DNA of 64,000 nt, from positions 704,001-768,000 of the forward strand of contig OZ251992.1 in NCBI GenBank assembly GCA_965246885.1, given 5' to 3'. The translations under genes and the position numbers were made by a program. Positions within the stretch are counted from its first letter, which is position 1. Every line of letters begins with the position of its first letter. Below the pieces are notes generated by a model. The model did not search any database. It saw nothing but the letters and a program-made list of their open reading frames with translations, and had not been told where the DNA came from. This document shows, piece after piece, positions 38,583-48,692 of this stretch. Source of the stretch: Abditibacterium sp. GTDB taxonomy: Bacteria > Armatimonadota > Abditibacteriia > Abditibacteriales > Abditibacteriaceae.

Positions 38583-39346
38583 ATGCCAAGCCTCAACATA
38601 GACCAACACGTGGATGAACTGTAAGATCAGGGCTTCACCGCCTTGCACGCCCTGTGGAGCGAGGCGGACTGCCAACGGATGCGCGACATCATGGACGACT
38701 TTTGGCGCTCGCAAGGCAGCCCGTCCTTGGCGAGTCACGCTTTCGGCTTCACCATCCATCCCATGATGGCGCGCGTGCCGCGTACGGCGCCCTTCTTCGA
38801 GCGCGACGAACCCAACGAAATCATGCGCCGCGCCTTGGGCAAAGAGCCGCGCTTGGTGCACATGGGCGCGCGGGTGTCCGGCCCCGCGTCCGTCCCGCGC
38901 ATCCCTTGGCACCACCACTACGGCAATAGCGGCCAATCCGAGTGGAATCCCGATGACCTTTCCACCCGCACCCGCTTGGAGCGCGTTTTGTCCGGCGTGT
39001 ATGTGGATGGCACCTTGCCCGCAAGCGGCCCCTTCATCGCCCTGCCGCGCCGCTGCGCTGACCCGCTCGGCGACCCCAAGGCGACTTGAATGAGGCGTGG
39101 GCGGGCGAGATCAAAGTCGAAATGCCGCCCGGCTCCATCGCCGTCTTCGACACCGCCCTCTGGCACGCCGCCGCCAAAGGCACGGGCACCGTCGCCCGCC
39201 GCTTGTGGGGCGGGCACTACCAAGGTTGGGACGAAACCGGCACCCACCCCGAAGATAACGAGGTGGATTCCCCCACAATCGCCGACCAACTGCCCGCGCT
39301 CCCGCAATTGCGCGCCCTACTGGGAGGCGACGCGGTGAGGGCCTAA
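38583..39346 (+). pseudogene. Phytanoyl-CoA dioxygenase (PhyH)-like pseudogene
   Basis: ATG 38583 with upstream AAGGA; in-frame TAA at 38622; frameshift near 39080 separates WHHH...VYVDG..SGPF from PGSIAVFDTALWHA. Confidence 0.8.
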
Positions 39347-39403
39347 CTCGCGGCGCGAGAGAAAGGAAGAACCGACCGCGCGCCGCGTTGTCTATTCCTG
39401 TCC

Positions 39404-42400
39404 ATGAAACTTTTGAAGTCCGCCGCCATTATCGGGCGTTTGGCTGCTTTGGGCGCGGCGTTGTCGGGAAGCTGTGCCCGCGCCGCCGATGTGCCCACCG
39501 ATAAGACCCCCGGCGCTTGGGATGGCGTGACCGCTTCGGCCAAGCTCGCCGAGCCGTATGAGAACTCGCTCCAAGCGCGCGCGCAAACGACGGGTTTGCT
39601 GTCTTACTACGAGCAGCCTTGGCGCGCTTACATGGACACCTGGGACGCGCGGCAGTGGAACGACTGCCTCGCAGTGAACTTCAACGTCCTGCCCAAAGAC
39701 GCCGAAGCGACGGCGCAGGTGTTGGCCGATGCGGGCTTCAAACACGCCCGCGTCGAGTTCGGCTGGGGCAACTTCGACTACGACAAGGAAACCCTGCTCT
39801 CCGATAAACGACAGGGGATGTTGGATTCCCTCCGCCTCCTGCAAAAGCACGGACTGCGGCCCTTGCTCTTGCTCAACTCCCACCACGCCGCGCCCTGCCC
39901 ATTTCGCAACGTCTTCGTGGAGCTTACCGCCGACGCCAAAAAGGGTGACAAAACACTCAAAGTCAAAGACGGCTCGGCGATTCGTGTGGGCTACACCGGC
40001 CCGATGTATGGCCCCGAATACTGCGCCGCCAAACCGCTCGTCACCAAGGTGGACGCCGACGGGACGTGTCACCTTTCCACCGCCTTGGCCGACGACCTTC
40101 CCGCCGGTCGTCAGCCCTTGTGGGAACTGAAATACCAGCCCTTTCACGGTTCCAAAGTCACCGGCGCGAGCGATGCCGAGAACGCGGTCTGGGCCGCCTC
40201 CTCGCAAGCCACCATGAAGGGCTGGGAACGCTATGTGAGCGAGACCTGCGCCTTGGCGCAAGAAGCGCTGGGCACCAAAGGCAAGCCCGACGCGGGCTTT
40301 GACCTCGAAGTGTGGAACGAATTCACCTTCGGCTCCAATTACCTGAATTACAACAACTACACCGACGACAAGCTCGCCTTTGCGCCCTTCACCTACTCCC
40401 ACACCCGCCCGATGCAAGCGGGTTACGCGCCCGATGCCAAGCGGACGTTCTCCTACTCCGGCGATGCTTCGGGCGAAATGTTCGGGCGCACCTGCGATTT
40501 CATCACCAGCCATAGCGCCGACTTCCCCGGCGTCAAGGTGGACAACGGCTTCTTGAACCAAGTGCCCTACGGTTCGGGCGCCGATTCATGGGATGGGCAG
40601 GCCGCCATCTCGCGGCACTTCTACACCGGCAACTGGGTCGAAATCAACTCCAAAACCGCGCGCCCCGACATGGGCACCATTGACGCCTTGGGCAATCTCG
40701 ACGGCACCAAAGGCCCGAAAGACTACTTCGACATCGTTCCCGGCACCAACTTTATCCCCACCTTTCGCGCCGGATTCCCGGAGTGGGGCTTTTCCGCTTT
40801 CCAGTTGGAAAAGACCATCTCCAATCTTCTGCCCGACGCGCGGCTGGGCGGCTCGCGCTACTCGCACAACGGCGACTTCCACCCCGTCGAACTGTGGCAG
40901 ACCGAGTTCAACTACGGGCGCGCCGCGATGTTCGAGGCCATCTTCAAAGACACCCACGCCGCCCACGACGACCCGCGCATGGTGGCCCTCGATGACTTCA
41001 TAGACGGCAAGTTCATGCTGCGCTCGTTCGTTTTCCAGAACCACAAGGGACTTAAGCGCCTGTATATGTTCGCGCCCGTAGACGCGCCCTTCCAAATCGG
41101 CATGTTTTCCCCCGCCTACTTCGCTGCTTTGGGCAAAAGCGGCGGCAAACTCACTCCCGACGTGCGGGCGCATATCCCCTCGGCCTACGCGGGCCTTTCT
41201 TGGATGAGCAAGCAACTGGGCGCCGCCGACAAGTTGGACGCGCCGCGTCCCTTGCGTGTGGATGGCTTGACCGAATACAAGCCGCGCCTCATCTTCGCGG
41301 GCGACGGGAGCGCCAAGCACCCCGACCGCTTCAACCGCGACTGGTTCGCCTTTTTGCCCTACCAACTGAGCGCGAACAAGTTCCTCGTGCCCTATTACGT
41401 CGTCGTCCCCGACGCCTCGAAAATCTGGTCGCCCGCCAAAGACCCCTTCGACAAGACGCGCTACGTCATGCCCGACCAAGAGTTCGACGTCCAAATCGGC
41501 AACTGCGCGGGAACCGGCGCCAAGGTTTCGGCTTACGACCCGCTCACTAATACCGCCGTTCCCGTCAAAGTCGTCAGCGCCACAGGGAATAGCCTGACCG
41601 TGCGCTTGCAAACCAGCGATTACCCGCGCGTTTTGACAGTCGAAGAAGCCAAAGTCGGCCCGCAGATTCTCGACCCCCGCGTTACCTCCGATGGCGCGGG
41701 CAAGCTGACCGTCAGTTGGAAAACCAACGTGCCCGTCAACGCCGCCAAGGTGACATACGGCAAAGGTTGGCAGAACCGGGGAGCGCAAGAAGTCGTGCTC
41801 AAAGGCGGCGTGAGCGCCTACTCCGTCAGCATCCCGACCGGACAAAAGGGCATCTTGGCCGCCCGCATCAAGGTCACGACGAACGGGCTTTCCGACGTGT
41901 GGCCACGCTGGGACGAGGATGTCCAAGGCCAAACTGTCGTTCCCGGTTCCACGCCTGATGATGTGAAAGCCGCGCCTTCGACGCTCCCGACGACCCCCGG
42001 AGGTGTCGCGCCCGCCGCTCCTACGCCGCTTGTCGCGCCTGCCAACGTGAAGTTGCCCGTCCTCGAAACCAACGCCACGCGCGGCTATCGCCTCGGCCTG
42101 CCTGCCGGAACCACCTTGAGCGGCCCCGACGACGAGCGCGAAGGCAACCTCGGAAGCGGCGCGAACGCGGTGCGCTTGCGCGTCCGTTTCTTGCCCGGAG
42201 CCGCCGCGTCCGCCGCGCAGTTCCTGCCCGCCACCTCCGCCATTGACGCTTCCTCGCTACGAGCCTTGACCCTGCCGGACAAAACCGCCGCGACTTTGGC
42301 GACCTTCGACCTCGCCGAGGCCGCCCACCCCGGCATGACGAATTTGGCGCAACGCTTTTTGCTCGTGCCTACCGGCAAGGGAAATGGTGACCTCCTGCTT

Positions 42401-42487
42401 CTGGCCATTACGGGCACTTCCGCCGCCATCAAGGAAAACGAGCCGCTCATCGCCGCCATTTTCGCGGGGGTGAAAGTCAATCAGTGA
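39404..42487 (+). CDS. Large secreted glycoside-hydrolase-like protein (clan GH-A-like motifs)
   Basis: Signal peptide; ARVEFGW, LEVWNE (acid/base-like), LWQTEF (nucleophile-like); Ig/Fn3-like and Pro-rich C-terminal parts. Confidence 0.65.
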   Translation: MKLLKSAAIIGRLAALGAALSGSCARAADVPTDKTPGAWDGVTASAKLAEPYENSLQARAQTTGLLSYYEQPWRAYMDTWDARQWNDCLAVNFNVLPKDAEATAQVLADAGFKHARVEFGWGNFDYDKETLLSDKRQGMLDSLRLLQKHGLRPLLLLNSHHAAPCPFRNVFVELTADAKKGDKTLKVKDGSAIRVGYTGPMYGPEYCAAKPLVTKVDADGTCHLSTALADDLPAGRQPLWELKYQPFHGSKVTGASDAENAVWAASSQATMKGWERYVSETCALAQEALGTKGKPDAGFDLEVWNEFTFGSNYLNYNNYTDDKLAFAPFTYSHTRPMQAGYAPDAKRTFSYSGDASGEMFGRTCDFITSHSADFPGVKVDNGFLNQVPYGSGADSWDGQAAISRHFYTGNWVEINSKTARPDMGTIDALGNLDGTKGPKDYFDIVPGTNFIPTFRAGFPEWGFSAFQLEKTISNLLPDARLGGSRYSHNGDFHPVELWQTEFNYGRAAMFEAIFKDTHAAHDDPRMVALDDFIDGKFMLRSFVFQNHKGLKRLYMFAPVDAPFQIGMFSPAYFAALGKSGGKLTPDVRAHIPSAYAGLSWMSKQLGAADKLDAPRPLRVDGLTEYKPRLIFAGDGSAKHPDRFNRDWFAFLPYQLSANKFLVPYYVVVPDASKIWSPAKDPFDKTRYVMPDQEFDVQIGNCAGTGAKVSAYDPLTNTAVPVKVVSATGNSLTVRLQTSDYPRVLTVEEAKVGPQILDPRVTSDGAGKLTVSWKTNVPVNAAKVTYGKGWQNRGAQEVVLKGGVSAYSVSIPTGQKGILAARIKVTTNGLSDVWPRWDEDVQGQTVVPGSTPDDVKAAPSTLPTTPGGVAPAAPTPLVAPANVKLPVLETNATRGYRLGLPAGTTLSGPDDEREGNLGSGANAVRLRVRFLPGAAASAAQFLPATSAIDASSLRALTLPDKTAATLATFDLAEAAHPGMTNLAQRFLLVPTGKGNGDLLLLAITGTSAAIKENEPLIAAIFAGVKVNQ

Positions 42488-42488
42488 T

Positions 42489-42664
42489 TCCCAGACGTCC
42501 GGCGACGGCTGACAGGCGTTTGTCAGCCGATGACAGAAGCGCGCCACTCGCCGACAGAGGCGCGCCACTCGCCGACAGAGGCGCGCCACTCACTGGCAGA
42601 AGCGCGCCACTCACTGGCAGAGGCGCGCCACTCACTGGCAGACGTCTGTCAACGGCTCACCGAT
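42489..42664. repeat. 21-bp-phased mosaic/tandem array between convergent genes (9 units)
   Basis: TCCCAGAC.., TGACAGGCGTTTGTCA, 5x (T/C)G(A/G)CAGA(A/G)GCGCGCCA-CTC(A/G)C, TGGCAGACGTCTGTCA, TCACCGA. Confidence 0.93.
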
Positions 42665-45119
42665 GCGTGGTGGCGCTATGCCGACCGGGGCCGACCTCGT
42701 AGGAGTGCAGTTGGCCGTCCGCATCCCATGTGTTCAAATGGGCGCGGATGCCGTCGGGGATGTGAATGTCGAGGTCATGGCCCGCCCCACCCCCGTTGGG
42801 CTGGGAACGGAACTCGATAATGCCGTGCGGAGTGTGGCAGGCCAGCGAGAGGGCGCCCAAGTCGCCCAACAGGGGCGCGATGCGGGTTTCGCTCCATCCC
42901 GGAACGAGCGGCTGGAACCCCGCGATGTGGAAGAGGAGCAAGCTGAGCGGCGCCATCGGGCAGTGGCTCCACTCGCTGTTCGAGTCGGGCGTCGCGTGCC
43001 AGTCCTCTTGGAGGGTATTGTTCCATTGGACGGACGGCAGAGTCGCCCAGACTTCGCGCAGTTCGCGCAGCACGACATCCATGCGCCCGAAGCGCGCCAA
43101 CGCTTGCAGGCGCCAGATGGCGTTGGCGGGGTAGGAGTAGCCCATCTCCGGCGGGCAATCGGCCAGACTCTGGATGCTCGCCGCCCTCTGTACCGACGGA
43201 TAGAAGCCGAACAGCAGGGCGGTTGCGAGGGAGCGGTCGCAGGTGCGCGGGCGCCCTTCCTTGCGCTCCCAAGGCAGATTGGCCACGAAGAGGCCGCGCT
43301 CGGCGCACCAAAAGCGCGCTTGTGCCGCCTCCACGATTTGCTTGCTGCGCACGCGAAGCGTTTGGGCGAGCGACTCTTCCCCGAACATCTCGCACAGGGG
43401 CGCAAGCGCCTCGCGCAGCATCGCGGCGAGGTAGAGATTGAACGCGCACTCCTTGTGGCGCTGCTGCTCATAAGCGTCGTGGTCTATCCACACGGATGGC
43501 ACGCCCAAGTTCTCGACGGGCACGAGTCCGTCCTTGCGCAAGGTTTCGAGGTAGTCGGCGAAGCGGAGCAAGCGCTCGAAAGGGGTAGCGACGGCATCGC
43601 GGTCGCCGGTGTCTTGGTAGTGATGCCAGCAGTCGAAGCCAAAGCCCACGCCGTGATCGAGAAGTGGCCCCCAGCGCGTCGCCCCGACTTGGCGCTGCAT
43701 GACGCGGCACAGGCGGTCATAGCCCGGCCAGCAGTCGAGAAAGAAGCCGTCGGGCGTTTGGCCTTGGCTCCACGTGCGCAAGAAGCGGCGCGGGATGCGG
43801 GTGTCGCCGAACGCGGCGCGCAGCACGGGCAACTGGTGCCCGCAGTCGCCGGAATACTGTTGCCGCTCGCGCGCCATGCCGTCCACGACGGTTTCCTGCG
43901 CGCTGTTGACGAGGGTATTTAGCGAGGCGTCGAACAAGCGCTGAAGCGGCGCTTCGGAGCACACGATGCGCGCGGCGGGCCAAGGCGCGGAGCGCCTGAG
44001 TATATCCACGCGCTTCACCACAACGGGGCGGCTGTTGCCTCGGATGTGCAGTTGCAGCCAGCGCAAGGACTCGTACTCGAACGCCAAAAAGCGCGTCGTG
44101 CCTTCTGCGCAGACGACCTGCGACCACGCCCAGAACGGCGCGACCAACTTGGGCGGGGCGTTGGCGTCGTGCGCTTCGAGGTTGAGCACCTCGATGACCG
44201 TGCCTTGCGGCGCTTCGACTTCCACGAGCGGATACCCGACGATTTGCTCCGGCCACTCGAACGACAACAGGTGCGCGGTTCCATCCTCGGCGGGTGGGAC
44301 GAGCCAACCGGCGTCGGTGCGCGCGACTTCGAGCGGCGCCCCGACGCTGAAGCAGTCGGGCAGGAAGAACTCGAAGTAATCGCGCGGGTCGCGGTGCCAC
44401 CGGATCTGCCACGCGGCGCGTAACCTAAGGGCGGGGAGAAACTCCTCGCGTAGCATCGGAACGTCCCTTTGGAGAAGAACGCCTGCCCCCGGCAAAAGAG
44501 CGGCGTCGTTGAGGTAGTTGGCGACCCCCGCGCTCCCAGAGGGCGCATTGGCGGGGCCGGGCAGTTCGGCGGCGCTCATCCAGCGAGAAGCGTTAGGGGC
44601 GAAGTCGGGGGAGTTCGTGCTCCATCCGGCGGGGTGCTCGCGGGCATCAAAGCGCTCTTGCAGGGCGCGCAAAAAGAAGCGCGGCGCCCCACCCGGCGGG
44701 CGCGAGCGATCCAAACAGCAGCGCCAAGCGGCGTCCGAGACGAGTTGCTGGCGCGCGCCGCCGCGCTCTTCGATGTCCAAGCGCAGCAGCAACCCCGGCC
44801 ACGACAGGGCCGAGGTGCCGTCGCCGTGCCCGTAATAAAGCACCTCGATCCCTATGACATTCGCGCCGCGCCGGAGGTAAGCCGACAGGTCGAGCGGATC
44901 GGCTTCCAAGGCGCGCGGGTCACACGGCGCGGGGCCGTTCTGGACGCGCTCGCCGTTGACCCACAGCCGGTAGCGCGAGTCGGCGGCAATCCACCCGCGC
45001 GCCGCGAGCGGCTCGGCGTTGAGGTGCAGTTCGCGCCGAAACAGCGCGAAAGTAACGGGCAAAGTACGCCCTGCGGGCAGCCAAATCCAGCGCGCGGGCG
45101 ACAGGTCGAGGGGAATCAT
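42657..45119 (-). CDS. Alpha-L-rhamnosidase-like protein (GH78)
   Basis: ARWIW, ADSRYRLWVNG, VDGMARERQQYSGD, NNTLQEDW, SHCP, TPHGII. Confidence 0.85.
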   Translation of the reverse strand: MIPLDLSPARWIWLPAGRTLPVTFALFRRELHLNAEPLAARGWIAADSRYRLWVNGERVQNGPAPCDPRALEADPLDLSAYLRRGANVIGIEVLYYGHGDGTSALSWPGLLLRLDIEERGGARQQLVSDAAWRCCLDRSRPPGGAPRFFLRALQERFDAREHPAGWSTNSPDFAPNASRWMSAAELPGPANAPSGSAGVANYLNDAALLPGAGVLLQRDVPMLREEFLPALRLRAAWQIRWHRDPRDYFEFFLPDCFSVGAPLEVARTDAGWLVPPAEDGTAHLLSFEWPEQIVGYPLVEVEAPQGTVIEVLNLEAHDANAPPKLVAPFWAWSQVVCAEGTTRFLAFEYESLRWLQLHIRGNSRPVVVKRVDILRRSAPWPAARIVCSEAPLQRLFDASLNTLVNSAQETVVDGMARERQQYSGDCGHQLPVLRAAFGDTRIPRRFLRTWSQGQTPDGFFLDCWPGYDRLCRVMQRQVGATRWGPLLDHGVGFGFDCWHHYQDTGDRDAVATPFERLLRFADYLETLRKDGLVPVENLGVPSVWIDHDAYEQQRHKECAFNLYLAAMLREALAPLCEMFGEESLAQTLRVRSKQIVEAAQARFWCAERGLFVANLPWERKEGRPRTCDRSLATALLFGFYPSVQRAASIQSLADCPPEMGYSYPANAIWRLQALARFGRMDVVLRELREVWATLPSVQWNNTLQEDWHATPDSNSEWSHCPMAPLSLLLFHIAGFQPLVPGWSETRIAPLLGDLGALSLACHTPHGIIEFRSQPNGGGAGHDLDIHIPDGIRAHLNTWDADGQLHSYEVGPGRHSATTHR

Positions 45120-45189
45120 ACGTGCCCCGTCAGTTTGCCCACTGCGGCGAAGTCGGGAAACGCGCCGCCGATGGAGGTGTTTCTGCCGT

Positions 45190-45289
45190 CGAAATCCCGA
45201 TTTCTTCGGAGGAAATCGGGATTTCCTCTGAAGAAACCCGGATGCCGCGCAGGGGAATCGGTATTTCCCTCGAAGAAATCGGGATTCGC
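45190..45289. repeat. Second 21-bp-period array type (GAAATC-NN-GATTTC core)
   Basis: Units at 45190, 45211, 45232, 45253, 45274; GAAATCCCGATTTC-N7-GAAATCGGGATTTC is a perfect inverted repeat. Confidence 0.8.
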
Positions 45290-45493
45290 CCCATCACTTT
45301 CCCGACCGGGATGACAAAGCGCTCGGCTTCGCTGGTTGGGTGCCGCCGCTCCGCCGGGGAGCCGCGCGCCGATGAAATTAACGCCGAAGATTTAACAACA
45401 ACTTAACATAGGGGGGTGAAACGGTGGTATGCTTCCCGTCAGCTTTTGCCGAGGAGCCGTTGGCGACGGATTCGAGGGCGAAGGCAGTTGCCC

Positions 45494-45691
45494 ATGAACC
45501 TCGAAGAACGCTTTGAATTCGTTGATTTGGTTGCCCAAGCCGTCGTGGACAAGATGGAAGAGCGCGACCGCATCAATGGCATGGTGAACATGGTCGTGGC
45601 GCGCGTTATCGAGATGCAGCGCGCCGAAGCCGAACTCCCACCCGCCAAAGCCGAGCCGACCGCCACCCCCACCCACCCGAACGCCGCTTAA
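45494..45691 (+). CDS. Small helical hypothetical protein (65 aa), first gene of the Tat-cargo cluster
   Basis: MNLEERFEFVDLVAQAVVDKMEERDRINGMVNMVVARVIEMQ; host-like codon usage. Confidence 0.75.
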   Translation: MNLEERFEFVDLVAQAVVDKMEERDRINGMVNMVVARVIEMQRAEAELPPAKAEPTATPTHPNAA

Positions 45692-45727
45692 TTTTCCTTT
45701 TCGCCCGCCGGGAAAGGATTCATCCCA

Positions 45728-46378
45728 ATGTTCAACCACAACAGCAAGACCAAAGCGCCGGAGAAAAGCGAAGCCATCCCAGCCTCGTCCGACGCCGTTT
45801 CGCCCCGCGCGAAGTTCGAGGAAGAGCGCCTCAGCCGTCGTCAGGCGCTCAAAAAGCTGGGCATCAGCGCGGGCATCATGCTCGTCGCCATGCCCTCCAT
45901 AGACGAACTGGCACGCTTAGCGTCCAAACAACTTGCTGCCAACGCAGGCGATTCGGATTTGGCGAAATCGCTGCGAAATGCGGGTGTGGCTATGGCCGAC
46001 CCAAACAATGAGATTAGTCAGTATGGCCCTTTCCAGTTGGCGGACTGCGAAGAGAGGTGTAAGCTTAAAGCTGCTCAATACGTGATGATAGACGGCGTCA
46101 ATGTCACTGGAACATTAACAAATGCTACAGCGAATAGCCTTGTAGATTATTGTAGGTCTCATCACCCGAACGTAGCGGGTGGCAACTGGGGGCCATACTT
46201 GGATTGTCTAGTTGATGGATTGAACCGCGCTACCAGTGGAAAATATCAATCTGGAACGGATCGTTATATTTTATGTTGCGAGCAGAATTGCATGGATAGT
46301 ATTGACTATCCAAACGGCGGAACTTGCACAAGATACCTTGTATATAATCCGTCTGGAATTTACCATCCCGGGAGATAA
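45728..46378 (+). CDS. Twin-arginine-leader protein with low-GC 8-cysteine C-terminal domain
   Basis: AAGGA RBS; SRRQALKK at aa 36-43, h-region, AxA site (AMA/D) at aa 88-91, then about 126 aa with 8 Cys. Confidence 0.85.
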   Translation: MFNHNSKTKAPEKSEAIPASSDAVSPRAKFEEERLSRRQALKKLGISAGIMLVAMPSIDELARLASKQLAANAGDSDLAKSLRNAGVAMADPNNEISQYGPFQLADCEERCKLKAAQYVMIDGVNVTGTLTNATANSLVDYCRSHHPNVAGGNWGPYLDCLVDGLNRATSGKYQSGTDRYILCCEQNCMDSIDYPNGGTCTRYLVYNPSGIYHPGR

Positions 46379-46429
46379 GCATATTTTCTAAATCCCGCCC
46401 AAAGACCATCAACATATTAAAGACTTTAA

Positions 46430-47494
46430 TTGTATTGTCCGTCTTTTTTTGTCTTGGTGAGATATTTAAGACAACCTCATGTAGTCCTGTCCCCGTTCAA
46501 CAGCATCGTCATTTCTTTTGACGGCTCACAGTTGGCCTCCGTTGGTTACGACACGGCGAGTTCCCAAGGAGTCCTCTATATTCTGCGTCCCAACGGAAAA
46601 CAAATCTCCAAGATTTCAGAAAAGTATTTTATGGACTCTCCTGCGTGGGCGGCAGACTCCAAGACACTATTTTTCTGCATCGACGGAAGCGATAAGCAAG
46701 GTCAAATTGTCAACGCAATTTGCTCGATGGATACCGAGAACCCACCGCAGAGGACGACTGTGGTCGCCAACCCTAAGATGCGTTTGGATCAGCCCGCCGC
46801 TTCTTCGGATGGCGTTCATCTGGCCTACATTCAACAGAACTCAACATCTTTGTCTGGCACGGTTTGGACGACGCGCATACGTGACCTAAACACCAAACAA
46901 GAGTGGGGCATGGATCCGTATCGCAACTTCAAACTCACTCGTCCCACATGGTCAGCCGATGGAACCGTCGTTGCGTTTCAAGGCAGAACGACAATGTCTG
47001 CTGACTCTGAACCGCACTACCTTTCAGAAGACCTCATTCCCTCTCTCGCTGGAGCGGGCGGATTAGTGTGGACAACCGCCAAAGACGGCTTCACCCCCCA
47101 CCTCATCCCCGCCAGATTTGCTGCTTTCGAACCTAACAACGATGGAAGCCAGTTCGCCCTAATAGGTGGGCAAGACAAGAGAGGGCGCAAGCATTTAATG
47201 CAGGTCGTGGATGCCAAGGGCACTCAAATCGCCAGCGTCAAGCGCGAATCCATCAGCGTGGATGTCGCTTGGAACGCGGACAATACAGCCATTTTCTTCT
47301 TCGACCACTTCTACAGCAAAAAGGATTTGGAACTGTGCCGATGGGACATCAAGACGGGCAAGGTGGACGTTCTGCAGGAACTTCCCACATTGCGCGGTAG
47401 AATTTTGGGTTACCGCAACGGCACGTTGTTTTATACGACGGCCACTTGGAAAGAGGACGACACCTGCCAGATCAACCAACTCCGCACCGACTAA
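46430..47494 (+). CDS. TolB/PD40-like beta-propeller protein (5' end possibly frameshifted)
   Basis: Repeats SFDGSQLA, PAWAADSKTL, PAASSDGVHLAY, PTWSADGTVVAF, VAWNADNTAIFF. Confidence 0.8.
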   Translation: MYCPSFFVLVRYLRQPHVVLSPFNSIVISFDGSQLASVGYDTASSQGVLYILRPNGKQISKISEKYFMDSPAWAADSKTLFFCIDGSDKQGQIVNAICSMDTENPPQRTTVVANPKMRLDQPAASSDGVHLAYIQQNSTSLSGTVWTTRIRDLNTKQEWGMDPYRNFKLTRPTWSADGTVVAFQGRTTMSADSEPHYLSEDLIPSLAGAGGLVWTTAKDGFTPHLIPARFAAFEPNNDGSQFALIGGQDKRGRKHLMQVVDAKGTQIASVKRESISVDVAWNADNTAIFFFDHFYSKKDLELCRWDIKTGKVDVLQELPTLRGRILGYRNGTLFYTTATWKEDDTCQINQLRTD

Positions 47495-47500
47495 CTCCTC

Positions 47501-47978
47501 ATGTCGCTCAAGTTTTCTTCTCCGTTGCCCCCGCTAGAGGGCGTGACCCGTTGGGTGGGCGCGGCGCCGATGGATGCCGACCTTGCGGGGCATCCCGTGT
47601 TCGTGCAGTTTTGGGCGGTGTCGTGCGGCTACTGTTTGATGAACGCGCCGCTTATCGCCGGATGGAAGGAGTATTATGGGCCGTTGGGGTTGCGCCTCGT
47701 GACGGTTCACGCTTCGCCGCCTTTAACCGATGCACAGCGCGAGGGGGTCGGCGCGACCATCGAGCGCGCACGGCATCCTGACGCCGTGCGCGCTCGATGA
47801 AGACGACGTGTTGGGCGGACGCTTTCAAACTGACGGCATCTGCCCGCACTACTTCTTCGACGCGAGCCACCGCTTGCGCTCGCGCGCGGCGGGGATGCAA
47901 GGGCTGCACTTGGTCGAAGCATCCATCCGCCGCAGTTTAGGGTTGCCTGAGTTGGTGGTGGAGAAAGCGGGGCGGTGA
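47501..47978 (+). pseudogene. TlpA/redoxin-family thiol-disulfide oxidoreductase, frameshifted
   Basis: PVFVQFWAVSCGYC...VTVH continues in another frame after about 47768 as HGILTPCALD...PHYFFD. Confidence 0.8.
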
Positions 47979-48017
47979 AGCGCCAAGCGCGTCGAGAAGC
48001 AGTAGCAGGAGAAAACC

Positions 48018-48692
48018 ATGAGACGCTCCGCGTTCACCCTTGTAGAAATTTTGGTCGTGCTGGGCATCATCACGCTGCTCGCCGCCATTCTGTTCCCGGC
48101 GTTTGCCCGCGTGCGCGAAGGTGGGCGCTCGGCGTCGTGTCAGGAGAACTTGCACCAAATCGGGCTGGCGACGGCGATGTATGCCGGAGACTACGAGAGC
48201 CATTTCCCCCTTGGCGGCGACCCGATTGATTTGCATTCCAATGTGTGGAGCGCCCAAGACGGGGGGAAGTGGGGCGCTGTCGTGCCGACGCTCAAACCGT
48301 TGCCGGGTGTCATGGCGCCTTATCTCAAAGCTGACGCGACATGGCGCTGCCCTTCGGACTTCGGTTTCAGTCACGCCGAGGGGCACCCGATGAGCCTTCT
48401 CAACACCTACCCCTCGTGCGCCGACAAGTGGGGCATGAGCTACTTTTACAACACGCGCTTAGCGCTCAAGGGCAAGACGCTCGCGGGCGTGCAAGCCTAC
48501 GACGACTTCCTGCCCTACGACACCTACGGCCCCGACCAGATTAGCCTCTTCTACGACGCCGATGGCAGTTGGCACGGCGGCGAGAAGGACGAGCGCCGTT
48601 ACAACGTCCTCATGGCCGATGGACACGTTAAGTCGCAGACGCGCGACCAGTTCACCACGCAACTCTTGCTCGTTCTCGACCCGCCGACATGA
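48018..48692 (+). CDS. Prepilin-type N-terminal cleavage/methylation protein with H-X9-DG motif (DUF1559-like)
   Basis: AFTLVEILVVLGII, LFPAFARVRE, SCQENLHQIG, WRCPSD, H...YNVLMADGHVK; AGGAG RBS. Confidence 0.93.
   Translation: MRRSAFTLVEILVVLGIITLLAAILFPAFARVREGGRSASCQENLHQIGLATAMYAGDYESHFPLGGDPIDLHSNVWSAQDGGKWGAVVPTLKPLPGVMAPYLKADATWRCPSDFGFSHAEGHPMSLLNTYPSCADKWGMSYFYNTRLALKGKTLAGVQAYDDFLPYDTYGPDQISLFYDADGSWHGGEKDERRYNVLMADGHVKSQTRDQFTTQLLLVLDPPT

Noticed and set aside
42489..42664. Possible CRISPR array or small repeat protein ORFs
   Set aside because: Spacers are only 5 nt; the heptapeptide ORFs in several frames follow from the 21-bp period
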